A DNA stretch of 64,000 nt from Octopus sinensis (Eukaryota), in assembly GCF_006345805.1 (NCBI RefSeq), contig NC_042998.1, positions 127,286,001-127,350,000 of the forward strand. Reading direction: 5' to 3'. Below, piece after piece: positions 1 to 12,645 of this stretch. Made by a program: the position numbers and the translations under genes. The notes under the pieces are model-generated. The model was given only the letters and a program-made list of their open reading frames with translations. It was not told the DNA's origin and made no database searches. Every line of letters starts with the position of its first letter. Positions within the stretch are counted from its first letter, which is position 1.

Positions 1-469
1 TAATTAATTATGTGCACACCCATTTTTACATGAACACATTTTAATATTTCAAAATGACATTAAGTAATGTATAAACAGGCGCGCGCATACACACATAAGG
101 GAATCGAATAAAAACAACCGACAAAGGCTAGCCATCATTGATCACAAAAGCATTAAATACATGCATATATATATACATATACCCTCCTCCCCCGGCATTA
201 AACAGATACATACCCCCATGGAAAAGATAGGTGTGAATATTAGATTTTTGTTTGTTTCTTTGTCTCGTTTGACTACATTTATTTGTTTATAATTATAGAA
301 GCGGTACTCTATCAAATTGTCTACGCTAATAGATAAGACCCGGAGCCTAGTACTAACACGAAACTGTTAATGACAGCCAAAACTCATAACGGATCAAAGG
401 AAATATTAACAATGACAAATAGAAAGAAATGAAAATAAAAACATCAGTGATGATAATAATAATAATAAT

Positions 470-3400
470 GAACGGAAGCGGCTGGAATCACTCCATGTTC
501 TGATCGATGATACATCTCGTGATGGTGTCACAATAAAAACACTGGTAACTACGCAACCTGACAATCGCTACCTCATATGAATGAAAATGAAAAAAACAAA
601 ATATTGTGAATAACGGTGGTAAGGAAACTGAAACCCTTGGTGGTGACCGTGTTGCACCCGGCAGGCTCAGAGATACTGTTTCGGGTTCAGACTGTCGTTA
701 TCCAGTAATGGACCAGCACACACGGCCTAGATGGAATAAACAATTCAATGCTGTGGTCATGGACAGAAACAGGAATGTTTCAACTCACTGAACAGAGATA
801 ATGTGATCAAGCTAGAACAATAAGAAAAAAATTGTTTGTTCAGAGAAGTAGAGCTCGAAGCTATCAAAAGACGGGAACTGGAAAACAGCAGCAGAAGAAA
901 CGATGAAAATACAGTTCTTACTGATAAAAGTAATCTCATAGCAAAAAACCCCCCAGAGGTGAGACCTCTAATAAACTACAGTGATAGCTTGCTCGATGAG
1001 ATGGTCTGGCAAAGACAATAAAACTAATGATGACATGACAGATGGGCAAAAGGCCATCTACTACAGAATAAAGGCTACAGAGAACGATAGCGACATTCTT
1101 TGCTACCTTAAAAAAGGTTGATCGGTGGAAATTGGACCAAGAAACGAAAAATGTGAATGAAATTCTGAAATACATCAGAACAAAAAAACATCACAGAAAC
1201 AAATAATTTGATCAGGGCATCAAGTATTGTTGTAGAAGAAAAGGTAGGTGTTGATGTCAAGAAAAAAATATAATGGGAGTGACAAAAGAAAAGTTCCATG
1301 GTGGAAAAGAAGAACAAAAGCGGGGCCAGATATGTTTTCGAAGGAGATTTTTGTGTTAGCCCGAAAAGAGAAGGGGGAACTTAAAAGCGAACAACAATAC
1401 AGGGCACTGAATAGGAAGTATGATATTGAAAGAAAGAGCATGAATGTGGTAATGGAGGAACTGAAACGGCGCCTCGTTGCAAGAAAAGCAAATATGGTAA
1501 TATACGACCAAAGAATGAAAGGATACCAAGAGAATAGAGTATTCAAAATAGGCCAGACGAGATTCAATAAAGAAAAAAATGGTGAGTGTAACGATGAAAA
1601 GTCCATACCAGATAACATTGAAAGTCAAAAGTTTTTGAGTGAGAGCTGGAGCAAAAACAAGGAGCGCAAGAAGAATACTGAATGGCTGCAAGAACTGAAA
1701 CAAACTGTAGGCTGTCCACAACAGGCTGAATTAATCATTTCAGTTGGGGAAGTGAAAGAAATCAGCAAAAAAATGGGGACCGGGACCAGATAGAAGTAAA
1801 AAAAATTTGGTGAATGTCATTGTGAATACCTCCACACCTTGCTAAATGCCGACCACGTACCACCAGTGGAGCTGAGAGTGGGTAGGACAGTGCTGTCCTT
1901 AAAAAAATTCGAAAAAGCAATACTGTAGACAATTACAGGCCGATATCCTGCTTGCCACTTATGTGGAAATTATTGTCTGGAATAATCGTAGAGTCAATGT
2001 ACGGATATGTAGTGTTGCCACATGAGCAGAAGGAGTGTAAGCGTAAGTGCAGAGTACCGAGGATCAACTGCTGGTAGACAAAACTGTACGTAGAGACCGC
2101 AAGAGGAGGAAAACTAACTTAGTCAAGTCAGATTGATTATCGTAAGGCATACGATATGATCCGACATTATTGGATTATGGAATATTTGAACCTGCCTGTC
2201 CCGACTAATCTTTGTACTGTGCATGATGCCACTAACCCTGATTCTGAGGAAAGCAAAGACTGGGTATATATTCAAGAGCCGTCAACAAAATGTCAACCAC
2301 CCACTTGTTATTCATAGATAATCTCAAAGTTTAGTGTAAAGATGAATCCCAAGTCAGTTCCCTCGTTGATAAGTTGTATACTTTCAGTTCTGATATCAGA
2401 AAGGAGTTCGGACAGAAAACGTGTGGTATGTTGGTCTTGAAGAGTGGCAAAATTAAATGTATGGACGGGCTAGCGATATCGTCGTGGGAGCTTATGAAGC
2501 AAATAGAAGAGACGGGCTATAAGTACTTGAGGATATTGGAAATTAATAAATTTATGGAGAAGGAAATGACAGAAAAATTTATGCTGAAGTACTTGTGCAG
2601 ACTGAGACAGATTCTTAAGTCAAAATTAAACGGATGGAATAAGATTGAAGCTATCAACACATGGGCACTTTTATTCCTTAGATATGGACCAGGGGTAATC
2701 TCAGGGACAGTAGAAGAACTAAACAGCTTAGACAGAAAGACAGGGAAGTTGCTAACTAGATTTGGGATAATCCACCCAAAAAGTGACACAGACAGACTGT
2801 ATGTACCAAGGAAAAGAGGGAGGACTTATTGGATGCGAACACAGCATTAGAGCAGAAGAAAGCAACATAGCTTGGTATGTAAAAAACGCCACAGAACTGC
2901 TATTATTATAAGTAAGAAGGTCAGGTATGTGTAGGATGGAAGCTTGCAAAGATAAAGCACTGTACAAGCACTGCAGAATGAATGAAACTGAAAATAGGTG
3001 AATAAAGAAAACTGCATTGGCAATTTCATAGGAATGTTGAAAATAAGACAGAGAAAATAGATGGCTATGGATGACTAAAAGTGATTTAAAATCGGAAACG
3101 GAAGCTCTAATCTGTGCTTCCCAATAGCAAGCACTAAGAACCAATTACATCAAATACAGTATAGACAACATATCAGAAAGTGATAAGTGCAGAATTTATG
3201 AAAATGTTGAAACGTATAGCATAATGTACGCAGCTATGTATGCCACTAGTTCAGAAAGAATATAAGAGACGTTATGACAATCTAGCAAGGATTGTCCATT
3301 GGACACTTTGCAAAAAGTACGGATGTGATAAGGTAGAAAGAGTAGTCGATAAATATGACAGTTTAGCTTGGACGGTTAAGCCGTTCTGGTCGCTGAAAAG

Positions 3401-3642
3401 GGGGGTAGTAGTACAAATAATTGTTGGAGCCCTGGGAACAGTGAGTATAAATCTTGAGAAATACATAGAACAAATAGGGGCTGTAATAATGGTGGAGCAC
3501 TTGCAGAAAGCTGCACTACTTGGAACCGCTCGAATACTGCGGAAGGTGCTCGAAAAATAACGAGTGTTACCTTAGTTCACTGGAAGTGAACAGCTGACTT
3601 GGTAGTACATCTCCAGCGCTAGAAGCTGTGGAAAGACAATAA
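470..3642 (+). mobile_element. Decayed near-full-length Dong/R4-clade non-LTR retrotransposon (RT plus C-terminal RLE region), frameshifted
   Basis: Motifs in shifting frames: VPWWKRR (ORF 1248-1793), [20 protein letters not shown] (~1928), DYRKAYDM (~2137), HLLFIDNLK, HPKSDTDRLYVPRKR, NYIKYSID, RRYDNLARIVHWTLCKKYG, IIVGALG and LQKAALLGTARILRKVL. Flanked by (TAA)n at 453-469 and 3643-3668. Confidence 0.85.
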
Positions 3643-3877
3643 AATAATAATGATAACAATAATAATAAGAAGAATGATTGATAAAATGAATAAAATAACT
3701 CAACAAGATATCGAACCTGTTTGGATAGGATTTACCGGTTCTCAGCAGTGCTTATAATACTTTAGTAAAAGGCAATTTAACAGATGCTGATTCCACACGT
3801 AGTCTCCTGAAAATTTAAATAACAGAGGCTGGATAGAAACACTGCGGAAATACGTTTTGTCATTTAGGGAGCCCTAA

Positions 3878-4040
3878 GGCGACGAGCTGGTAGAAAGATT
3901 ACTGCGCGGGGCAAAATGCTTAGCAGTATTTCTTTCGGTTCCGTGTTCAAATTCCGCTAAGATCGACTTTGCCTTTCATCGATGAGATAAATTCCAGTTG
4001 AGCAGTGGGGGGCCAATGTAATCGATTAGATCCCCTAAAC
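3878..4040 (+). mobile_element. tRNA-derived SINE (family A)
   Basis: ggcgacgagctggtagaa head, gttcaaattcc B-box-like motif, cgactttgcctttcatc core; homologous to copies at 11190, 27327, 27557 and 62150. Confidence 0.7.
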
Positions 4041-4593
4041 CAAGCGTTTCGGGCAATGTGCTTATAATATAAGGGATTATTTTGCCAGCGCTCGAACTAT
4101 TTACATGCCAAAAACTTGCCTTTAGCTGAATCTGCAATGTACAATAACACATTTTCTCACCCTGCGGTGTCAAGACTAATACTAGGTTTCTATAATGCAT
4201 AAATGATATACAAACTTTCAGTTAAAATCGAATAAATATTTTTCGAGACAAATGTAGCGTCATGCCCCACTAATGATGCATTTTATGAACGCAAACATCT
4301 GCCTGGAGCGAAAACCTATAATAAACTTATCAAAATGAGATTTTAAATTGCTGTGTTTATTATGCTGGGTATGACTCGTTTCATTTCTAGTTCGAAAAAC
4401 GTGCGACAATGCGGATATAAATAACAATGACACACGCATACATATAGAAATATACAAATTGATACGTATCTGTCTATCCTCATCTGTAATTGCGAAACAC
4501 TCTTATCGTAGATTTTTAAAAGTTCTACTTAAAAACAAAATAATCTTGATATGATTTCTCGCTGAAAAATCTAGATAAGTGGGCTGCCATATA

Positions 4594-4628
<35 letters not shown>

Positions 4629-4852
4629 GTATATGCACACACACACACATACATGTATTTGTGCGTGTGCGCGTATGCGTGTAGGTATGTATGCTTATAT
4701 ATATATACTTATATATACATTTATGCATATATGTTCATCTACATATATCTTAGTATATATCGCACCTACTTACACATTAACACACACACACAATAGGAGG
4801 TAGTATGTATATTGCCAAGCATCTATGTTCTCTAGCCTCCTTTCCGTTTCTT

Positions 4853-4902
<50 letters not shown>

Positions 4903-5618
4903 ACACTTAGTCTTGCTTTCTGTGTGTGTATATATTGATATATTAATATATACCTGCAGAGACAAACAGATAGATATGTTTACTTATAATTATGTGTCTC
5001 TCTGTGGTGTTTGAAACAAAAATATGAAGTCGAACGAAGCCACTTGAAGTTTAAGGACTGAAGACGGATGCGCAGTTGAGAATAATATGAATAATAAAAA
5101 ATTCATTACATATGGCCAGATGCTTCGCTCAACACACATTTTGAATGCCGTACATAAATCCACACATGTTTAGCAGTTTCAATTCATTTATTTTAATATA
5201 ATACGCAAGACACTCACACGCATATGACAAGTAAAAGCAGACAGCGACGACGAAGTTTCGGCTTACTTGCTTGATTCATCAAGGTTTATCTCATAATTTC
5301 TGCCAAACTTGTGCACTCGTCCACGCCGTCCTCCTTCTCCATCGCTACAAAATCATCCCTACTTTCCTGCAAACTAACTTACACTGCATCCACTGTGCAT
5401 ATATATCGCTCTACAGACCAGTCGAATACTCTCCACCCCCAATTTGATACAAGCCTTGTATCTAAGATAAGTCACAGATTAATGAATTTAATCAAGTCGA
5501 AATTCGAATTCACTATCAAAATGTTTCTTGCGTAGATATATGAATGAATATAGTTATACTGCTGAAAAAAGAAAAAAATAGATAGCTCCTTTGATTTAAT
5601 ACTTCACTTTAATACTTC

Positions 5619-6044
5619 ACGTAACTTTCTATATACAGGGTGTTCCAAAAGTCACTGATGGGTTTCGCTGATCGGAAAAGGTAACCGTCTCGAAGGGATG
5701 TTCTCGTCGCTCCTTTCTGCCAACGGGTAACCCCACGTCCACCGGTGCGTGATCGACTCTACACGGCCGGCGTGTCCCCGACTTTCCGCCCCCCCCCCCA
5801 TCCGGTTTAAAATGAGCGTCCTCGCTCTCGCTATCGTCGTGCGCCTCGGCAGCTTCGCTCGATCGCTCGCCCGCCGGCATCCGCCGCCGTTCCGTTCGTT
5901 CGTCCTCTCGCATACGAACGTTCGGTTTCCTCCTCGCCTGCGCCTACACACCGTCGTCGCTGCCGTGCGCCCGTACGCCTTTGCTTCACTGTTATCATAT
6001 ATACGTAACTTTCTATATACAAGGTGTCCCAAAAGTCACTGATG
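5619..6044. other. 342-bp GC/CpG-rich insert (5661-6002) between 42-bp direct repeats
   Basis: acgtaactttctatataca(g/a)ggtgt(t/c)ccaaaagtcactgatg at 5619-5660 and 6003-6044, 2 mismatches. Confidence 0.9.
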
Positions 6045-6468
6045 AGATTCAATTTTTAATAATTTCCTTAATTTTACAAATAAATGTATGAAATTTTGAT
6101 ACAATATGAAATATATCATGGGAATTAATATGTACAAGTGAAATTTTCTAACACCACTACATCACATATGAAAAATGGCTTATATGGCTAAAAAGTTTCA
6201 AACCCCACTTCTTTGATTTCTCTATCGATATTCTCTTTCAGTTCTACCAGTATCTCCGGTTTGTTAATGTAAACCCTCTCTTTCAGTTATCCCCACAAGA
6301 AAAAATCCGGGCTAGTCAAGTCTGGGGAAAGAGAATGTCATTCAATGTAAACCTCACAGATGGTTCCAGCAAGATGGGACAACTGCTCATGCCGCAAGGG
6401 AAACAATCCACTATAATCTCTCGCTACGGCAATGTCAACTGGCCTTCACGTTCCCCAGAATTGACTAC
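6020..6468. mobile_element. Tc1/mariner-superfamily transposase relic with an internal inversion
   Basis: TIR-like ca(g/a)ggtgtcccaaaagt; minus strand SPDLTSPDFFLWG and VYINKPEILVELKENI (6020-6334); plus strand WFQQDGTTAH and WPSRSPELT (6356-6468). Confidence 0.75.
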
Positions 6469-6469
6469 T

Positions 6470-8225
6470 CGTCATCATTGTTGTTGCTGGAACCGGGATT
6501 GCTGGTATCGGCGTCGTTGGAGGTGGTGGTGGCGGTGGTAATGGTATCGCCACTGCTCGTGATTTTGAAGGGCTGTTGTTGTTATTGTGGCCCTCGTCAT
6601 TCGTGAGAGAGCCGGCATTGCTGCTAGAGATATCATTGGCGGTGGCTCTGCTGGTGTTTCCACTGGGGCCACTGTCGCTGCTGTTGCAATTATTGCTATT
6701 ATTCCCGTTATTGGTGATGGTGGCAATGGCAGTGGCCCTATTACTACTGCTATAGGGACTGTTTAGTTTGCTACTATGGACTTTCGGGAAGCTGTTGGTA
6801 ATGCTTCTGTTGATTGCTATGTTGTTGTTGCTGCCTTGGATGCCGTCGGGGAAACTGCCAATGCTGTCGCTGGTTCTGTTATTGTTATTGTTGTTAATGT
6901 TAACTGTGGCGATGGTAGCGGCGTTACTGGTTCTGTTCCCGTATCTACGGCTCCTACTGCTTCTACCACTGTTATTGCCAGAGCATGCTAGTACTTCGGC
7001 TTCATAGACAACCCTATGGTTTCGTAGTGGCCTTCCACTGGGCATCTGCTGCAGTCCCTGCATGAACATTCTGCCTTTGCCCCTGGCCTAAGGGCGTTAA
7101 CTAGAATGCTCTTAATATTAGGGGTACAGCTAAAGGAGACTCTAATGTTGTGCCTGTTGAAAATGGCGTCGTACCTACGGGGGCTAGTGAAATGCTTATC
7201 TCTTACGGAATATTCTACATACTGGCGTTTTTGTGTTAAGAGAGAAGGTGGGGGTGCAAACCAAATGATATTTCTGCGGCGCTTCCTTCTGCGGTTGTTG
7301 TGTTCCCGCATGCAGGAGATGCGGTCCCTAAGTTCGCAAGCAGCTAGGGTCTCGTTATAGTAAGGGGCTGCTGCATCGAAAATCGCTAGATTGGAAGAAA
7401 GGTTCGCGATCCTCTTAATAACACCCTTCACCAGGTTTTTTAACACGATGGATGAGTGACAGGAGGCTGCATTGATGTGCGTTAGACTTTCGCTTGGCTT
7501 GCGGTAGAGCCTGTATGTACCGAAGCCCAACTCGAACGTCACGTCTAAGAAGTCAGCGGTTGTGGGGTTGGTCTCTATGATGATTTTCAATCCCATGGAG
7601 GCAAGTGTGCTGATTAGACATTTTCTAAGCCTGTCTTGTGTATGCCCGTTTTCTTTCCTAGAGATGGCCAGGGAATCATCTCTGTAGAAACCAAAGAGGA
7701 CAGAGGGGAACTTTTTTCTTAAGGGTATCGAGGATATACAACCAGATGATGTCGCATAAGTTATCGATCCCTTACATGTGCCCGTAGAGTCGATTTGCTT
7801 GACAAATGCCAAACTATTGTTGAACAGCACTGTTTTTCTGGAATACATAATGACATCTATATTTCTGTCACTAATGTCAGTGAGTCCCCTAGCGAAAGAA
7901 AGCGCCTTAGCTCATTAACTAATTATTTGGCTTCACTGTTGATGTAGTTACATGTCTGGGGGGAAGCGCGCCTACAATTTTATGTGATATTGTTTTCTAG
8001 TAGTCTACCGTAATCGAAGGTGTCTATTCTATATAAGGTTTTCGTCTCACCAGATAATATTAGGGACTTATCTGAGGTTTTAGCAATCTGATATCGGCCC
8101 GGAGCTTGTGTTGGAAGGAGCAAGCGGTCTTATGGAATTTCAGATTGGGAATAATGCCCAGTAAACCCGCCTCGAAGGGTTCGAAGCCCTTGATTTTGGC
8201 TGGGTATTTCCTCGATTTGATTATG
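6470..8225 (-). mobile_element. Penelope-like element fragment (RT and start of GIY-YIG), tentatively Naiad-like
   Basis: ORF 6988-7848: FYRDDSL, DFLDVTF, YRKP, RNIIWFAPP, CSCRDCSRCPVEGH, then VVYEAEV after a frameshift; upstream KALSFA and SDKSLI...LLENNI. Confidence 0.85.
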
Positions 8226-8385
8226 TTCCCGTAACTTTGTAGTTCGGCAAAAGGAGATGACAGGACAAGTACTAGGCTTACAAAATGTTCTGTGGTCGAT
8301 TTGTTCGACTATAAGCGGTACTTCAACATGGCTGCAGTCAAATGACTGAAAAAGTAAAAAAATTATGAAACAATAAAAGAATATA
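8225..8385 (+). mobile_element. 3' half of SINE family B
   Basis: aagtactaggcttaca...catggctgcagtcaaatgactgaaa matches 20240-20380 and 63811-63937. Confidence 0.55.
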
Positions 8386-8779
8386 TGCGTGTACATACAG
8401 AAATAGAAATATACATATAGAGAGAAACACACATTTGCAAATCTACGCGGATACATGTGTAAGTGTGATTTCGTGTATGTTATTGCTTGTGAAATAAGAT
8501 CTAGAGAACAAAGTGTAAAAGAACACTCGATGATATGCATATTCAAGTAAATATATAAATATGCATGCATGCACACACAAACACACACAACATATACATT
8601 AAATATACAAGCGTGTTAGTGCGTGCGCTTGTGTGTGTGTATGTGTGTGTGTGTGTGTGTGTGCCCTCTTGATCCAAAAAATATGTGTTATAAAAATAAA
8701 TGCGTTTTAAGCACTGAAATTGCAAATTCCTTATCAATATTCTTAATTGTTTTCTTTCTTGGATTGAAATGAGGTAATC

Positions 8780-9200
8780 TCCAAAGTAGCATGTTATAAA
8801 CTTTTCAGTATCTCTTGCCAGGCTTTTAGTGTAATTTATTCCAGCTATTATCAGGAGCTTATTTTACATTTCATGTACCCATGAACATAATTCCTAGTAA
8901 ACTTGTCTATTTTTTTTTCGTTAATTTATAAAGTAAAATTTTCCAATATTCTTTTCAAAAAGATAATTTCCAGCTATTGTTTCTCATCTCCATTCAGATT
9001 CAATAGCTATCTTATTTGCATGCTTGCAAATCTGGACGAGGTTAGTTGTTTTTCTTCCCGTCTCTGCTTCAGGACAGTGTAAAAAATCGAGTCTCATTCG
9101 AGTTTTATACAGATTCAAGTCTTTGTTCGCCCTCCCAGGAGATGCATTCTGCTTTATACCGATTGATGTTGCTATTTTCCAGTAAGATCCATCTTGTTTA
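8780..9200 (-). mobile_element. Possible very decayed pogo/Tigger DDE transposase relic
   Basis: Minus-strand NETRFF and NLNGDEKQ*LEII resemble the DETGLF and NASGSEKL.L.VIGK motifs; many stops. Confidence 0.3.
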
Positions 9201-10408
9201 TTTATTTTGTAATGATTTATTTTGTATTTAGAAAGCCAAATGTAGAAGTCAAGACAGGCACTACAATGTAATATGAGCGATATGATTGCTGTTGGGTTAG
9301 AATTCTGAACACCATAGTCTTTTAATTTCTAGTGGTATGAGCTTGTTGCCCTCTCCTTTTCAATAACTCTCTCATATGTAATACTCACATCCTATTCAAT
9401 ATACAAATATCCCTCACCTGAATGTTTAGGCTGTATAGATAAACTGATCAAGTTTAGCTTAATTTTCCAGAAGTCAAGTTGACCTCGTCACCCAGAAAAA
9501 AAAAAACACTTGGACTCCTCGAATGTCTGTGCATATTCGTGTATGTGATCCAATTACTTATTGAAGTGGATAAAAGTTGATCCATTCAGCTACAGATCAT
9601 ACACATAGAAAAGGAGGAGAAGTGCTCTGGATTCAGAATATCCATTTCTACAAATAGCATTGTGATAAATGGTTCAACGATTAAACGTAGGGCAATATTG
9701 ACGCGCTGTCGCTCTACAAGTTAAGACTTTCATGATGTATGACGCAAGTTTTGATTGGTTTCATAGCACTTCTGAGAAGTGAAGCTGTGTATCAGGTTTT
9801 GGCTATGTATTGAATTGTAACCTCCGGGAGTTATGGAATGTAAGGGAATTGTAATGGTTTGATAACTTGCTGATGTCATATTATCAAAAGCGGCCCAACA
9901 CACTACAACCAAATTCTCACGATACCTTGCTATTTCTTCCTATTTGATAGTGCTGCATGTAATGTGAATAGCATGAGACTGTTAAGTATTAGGAACCTGT
10001 TATCACCGAGTATTGCTCGATACATTTCCATGCTACTTTTTTCATCTAGCGTGGTAACACAATGATCCAATAAAAACAAATTGAGAAATCCGGTCTATAG
10101 CTTAAAGGTAACATTTCGAAGGCTACTAAGTAGTCATTTTAGCTTCCCCTTGGGTAAATTTTGAACAAATATAATAATGGTTGCTGATAGCCATTTTGAT
10201 ACATGTAACGCGCGTCTGATACGCATTTCATTCAATGATATTAAATCTCAGCGATAAGAGGTGGTATTTTTTACCTAACGCGATCGTACATACGCAGGAA
10301 TATATGTATGGAAGTATGTATACATACATATATACATGTATACCTACATATATACATACATGCATGCATACACACATACATACATACACACACACACACA
10401 TACATACA

Positions 10409-10440
<32 letters not shown>

Positions 10441-10444
10441 AGCA

Positions 10445-10685
10445 TTTGTATTATCGCTTAGTCATCTGTTGCTCAGGTTTGATCATATGCTCGAAACGGG
10501 AAAGCCTATGTACTGGACACAAATCTGGGATACATTCTCTTTCATCGTTAAGCAATAGTTGCATATGCTCAACCTTAACCTCTCCACTGCATTTATGCTA
10601 GTCAATAGAAGGATCGCTATCGGTGCCATCGCTAACGAACCCAGTCTAAGTAAGTTCCATAAATTCCGCCTGTCAATTGCTCTAG
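10445..10685 (+). repeat. 241-bp direct duplication, copy 1
   Basis: Ungapped match by eye to 11983-12223. Confidence 0.9.
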
Positions 10686-10854
10686 TATTAACTAAATTTC
10701 ATTTTACATAGATTTACGGAGACGTACTTGCATAGCAAGTGATTTGATCTGAGATCGTGTGCTGAAACGAAAACAATTGCAGCGTGGAAGGTGTTTGAAA
10801 GTAATTTAAGAAACACACAAAAGCCGTTCGATTTACTTCAACATTTAAGTTTAA

Positions 10855-10905
10855 TTTGTCAAAATATTTTCGTCGCTTTAAGACCGCGACCTGTTCACTG
10901 ACAAA
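10855..10905 (-). ncRNA. Type I hammerhead ribozyme fold with G3-C8 core variant
   Basis: Minus strand: TTTGTCA-GTGAACA-G-GTCGC(GGTCTTAAA)GCGAC-GAA-AATATT-T-TGACAAA. Confidence 0.6.
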
Positions 10906-11189
10906 AATCTTAAATGATTCTTAAATGATTTCTTCAATGGCTTACAAACACCTTCCACGCTGCAATTATTTTACATAGAATTTCTTTACTATCCAAATAT
11001 GGACAATTAATATTCATATAATAAAACATTTTAAACATTATTGATCCGACTAGGTCCGTGACAAGGATATCCAAGTTTTATCTGTGACTGTTAATAAAGA
11101 GCAATGGTCAAATGACACTTCTTAAACTACTACTACTACTACTACTACTACTTTGAATAATAATAATAGTCCTTTCTAATAAAGGTACA

Positions 11190-11387
11190 GGGTCTGCAAT
11201 TTGTGAGGATGGGACTAGTCGATTACATCGACCCCAGCACGTGACTGGTACTTGCTTTATCGACCTCGTAAGAATGAAAGGTAAAGTCGACCTCGGCGGA
11301 ATTTGAACTCAGAACGTAGCAACAGACGAAACACCCACAAAACATTTCGACCGACGTGTTTGCTATTCTGCCAGCTCGTCGCCTTCA
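11190..11387 (-). mobile_element. SINE family A
   Basis: aaaggtaaagtcgacctcggcggaatttgaactcagaacg...ctgccagctcgtcgcc is the reverse complement of the family A head and core. Confidence 0.7.
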
Positions 11388-11412
11388 AATAATAATAATA
11401 ATAATAATAATA

Positions 11413-11443
<31 letters not shown>

Positions 11444-11452
11444 CTATGATGA

Positions 11453-11648
11453 TTTCAAATTTTGGCGCAAGGTCAGCAATTTCAGGAGAGGGGTAAGTCG
11501 ATTACATCAGGCCTAGTTCTCAAATGGTACTTCTTTCATCGATCCCGAAAGTACGAAAAGCGAGATGGATCTCAGCAGAATTCGAATTTAGAACCCAGGA
11601 TTGGATGAAATGCCACTAAACATTTTGTTCTAGCAGCTCACCGCCTTT
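11453..11648 (-). mobile_element. SINE family A, more diverged
   Basis: tttcaaattttggcgcaagg...gtcgattacatc...cagctcaccgcc. Confidence 0.55.
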
Positions 11649-11982
11649 AATGCGTCATAAAGCTTGTTTTTGCACAAAAAATGATTTTTTCTCAGCTATA
11701 TAGTGATATTTTTCTACTTGTATTTTGCCAACTTTATTGATTAGGATAATTCCTGCAATCAGAAACTGTGAATTTGGTTTAAAATGGCTAATTAAATGAA
11801 AAATAATGCACCAATAAAATACTCTGCCTAAGAAAGTTACTTGTCATCCTCCTACGAATTTCTATTTTGCAATAAAATTGAATTTGTAAGAACAAGCAAT
11901 ACTTGCATTATTATGAACATTTAGGCTTCTATCCAAATTGCATTTGCTCATGTAATTTTTTACAGTTAACTCTGTTTCAAAG

Positions 11983-12223
11983 TTTGTATTATCGCTTAGT
12001 CATCTGTTGCTCAGGTTTCATCATATGCCCGAAACTAGAAAGCTCATGTACTGGACACAAACCTGGGATACGTTTTCTTTCATAGTTAAGCAGTGGTAGC
12101 ATATGATCAACCTTAACCTCTCCACTGCATTTACGCTAGTCAATAGAAGGATTGCCATCGGTGGCATCGCTGCCGAGCCCAGTCTAAGACAGTTCCATAA
12201 ATTCCGCCTGTCAATTGCTCTAG
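11983..12223 (+). repeat. 241-bp direct duplication, copy 2
   Basis: Matches 10445-10685. Confidence 0.9.
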
Positions 12224-12552
12224 AATTAGCGTGATCACACACGGTTGGATGAAAGGGAAAATGAAACAAAGCAAATCTTAAACTTAGCACGTAATTAGAG
12301 GGATCAAATAATGCATGAAGTTTTTTACGATTGTCTAACAGTTTTGACAGCTTACGATCTGTTAGCGCCAGCTGGATAGCTTATAGCAGAGGACTTTCAG
12401 CCAATAGATTAAAGAGAATGTCCAACACACACCCACACATAGCCATGTTACCAGGAAATTATGTATTGTATACTTTCGTAGTATCATCATTCGCTGAGCT
12501 GATATGTCACACCCGACACATGTAAGTCTAATTAACAATCCCACCTCATGTA

Positions 12553-12645
12553 GGGCAAGTTTTTTCTACTATTGCCTCGGGCTGACCAAAGCTTTGTGAG
12601 TGTATTTGGTAGATGGAAGCTAAAAAAGCCCGTCGTATAAAACGT
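12553..12645 (+). mobile_element. SINE family B internal fragment
   Basis: gggcaagttttttctactattgcctcgggctgaccaaagc resembles the 19897 and 37412 heads. Confidence 0.5.

Noticed and set aside
5245-5295. Minus-strand TTGATGA...GCCGAAACTTCGTC
   Set aside because: Stems I and II do not pair; too decayed to call.
5661-6002. rRNA gene fragment
   Set aside because: No conserved 18S, 5.8S or 28S motif was recognised; a spacer origin remains only a hypothesis.
6988-7848. Selenocysteine recoding as reported for some Naiad PLEs
   Set aside because: No in-frame TGA occurs in the RT ORF and no SECIS was identifiable; the element is 3'-truncated.
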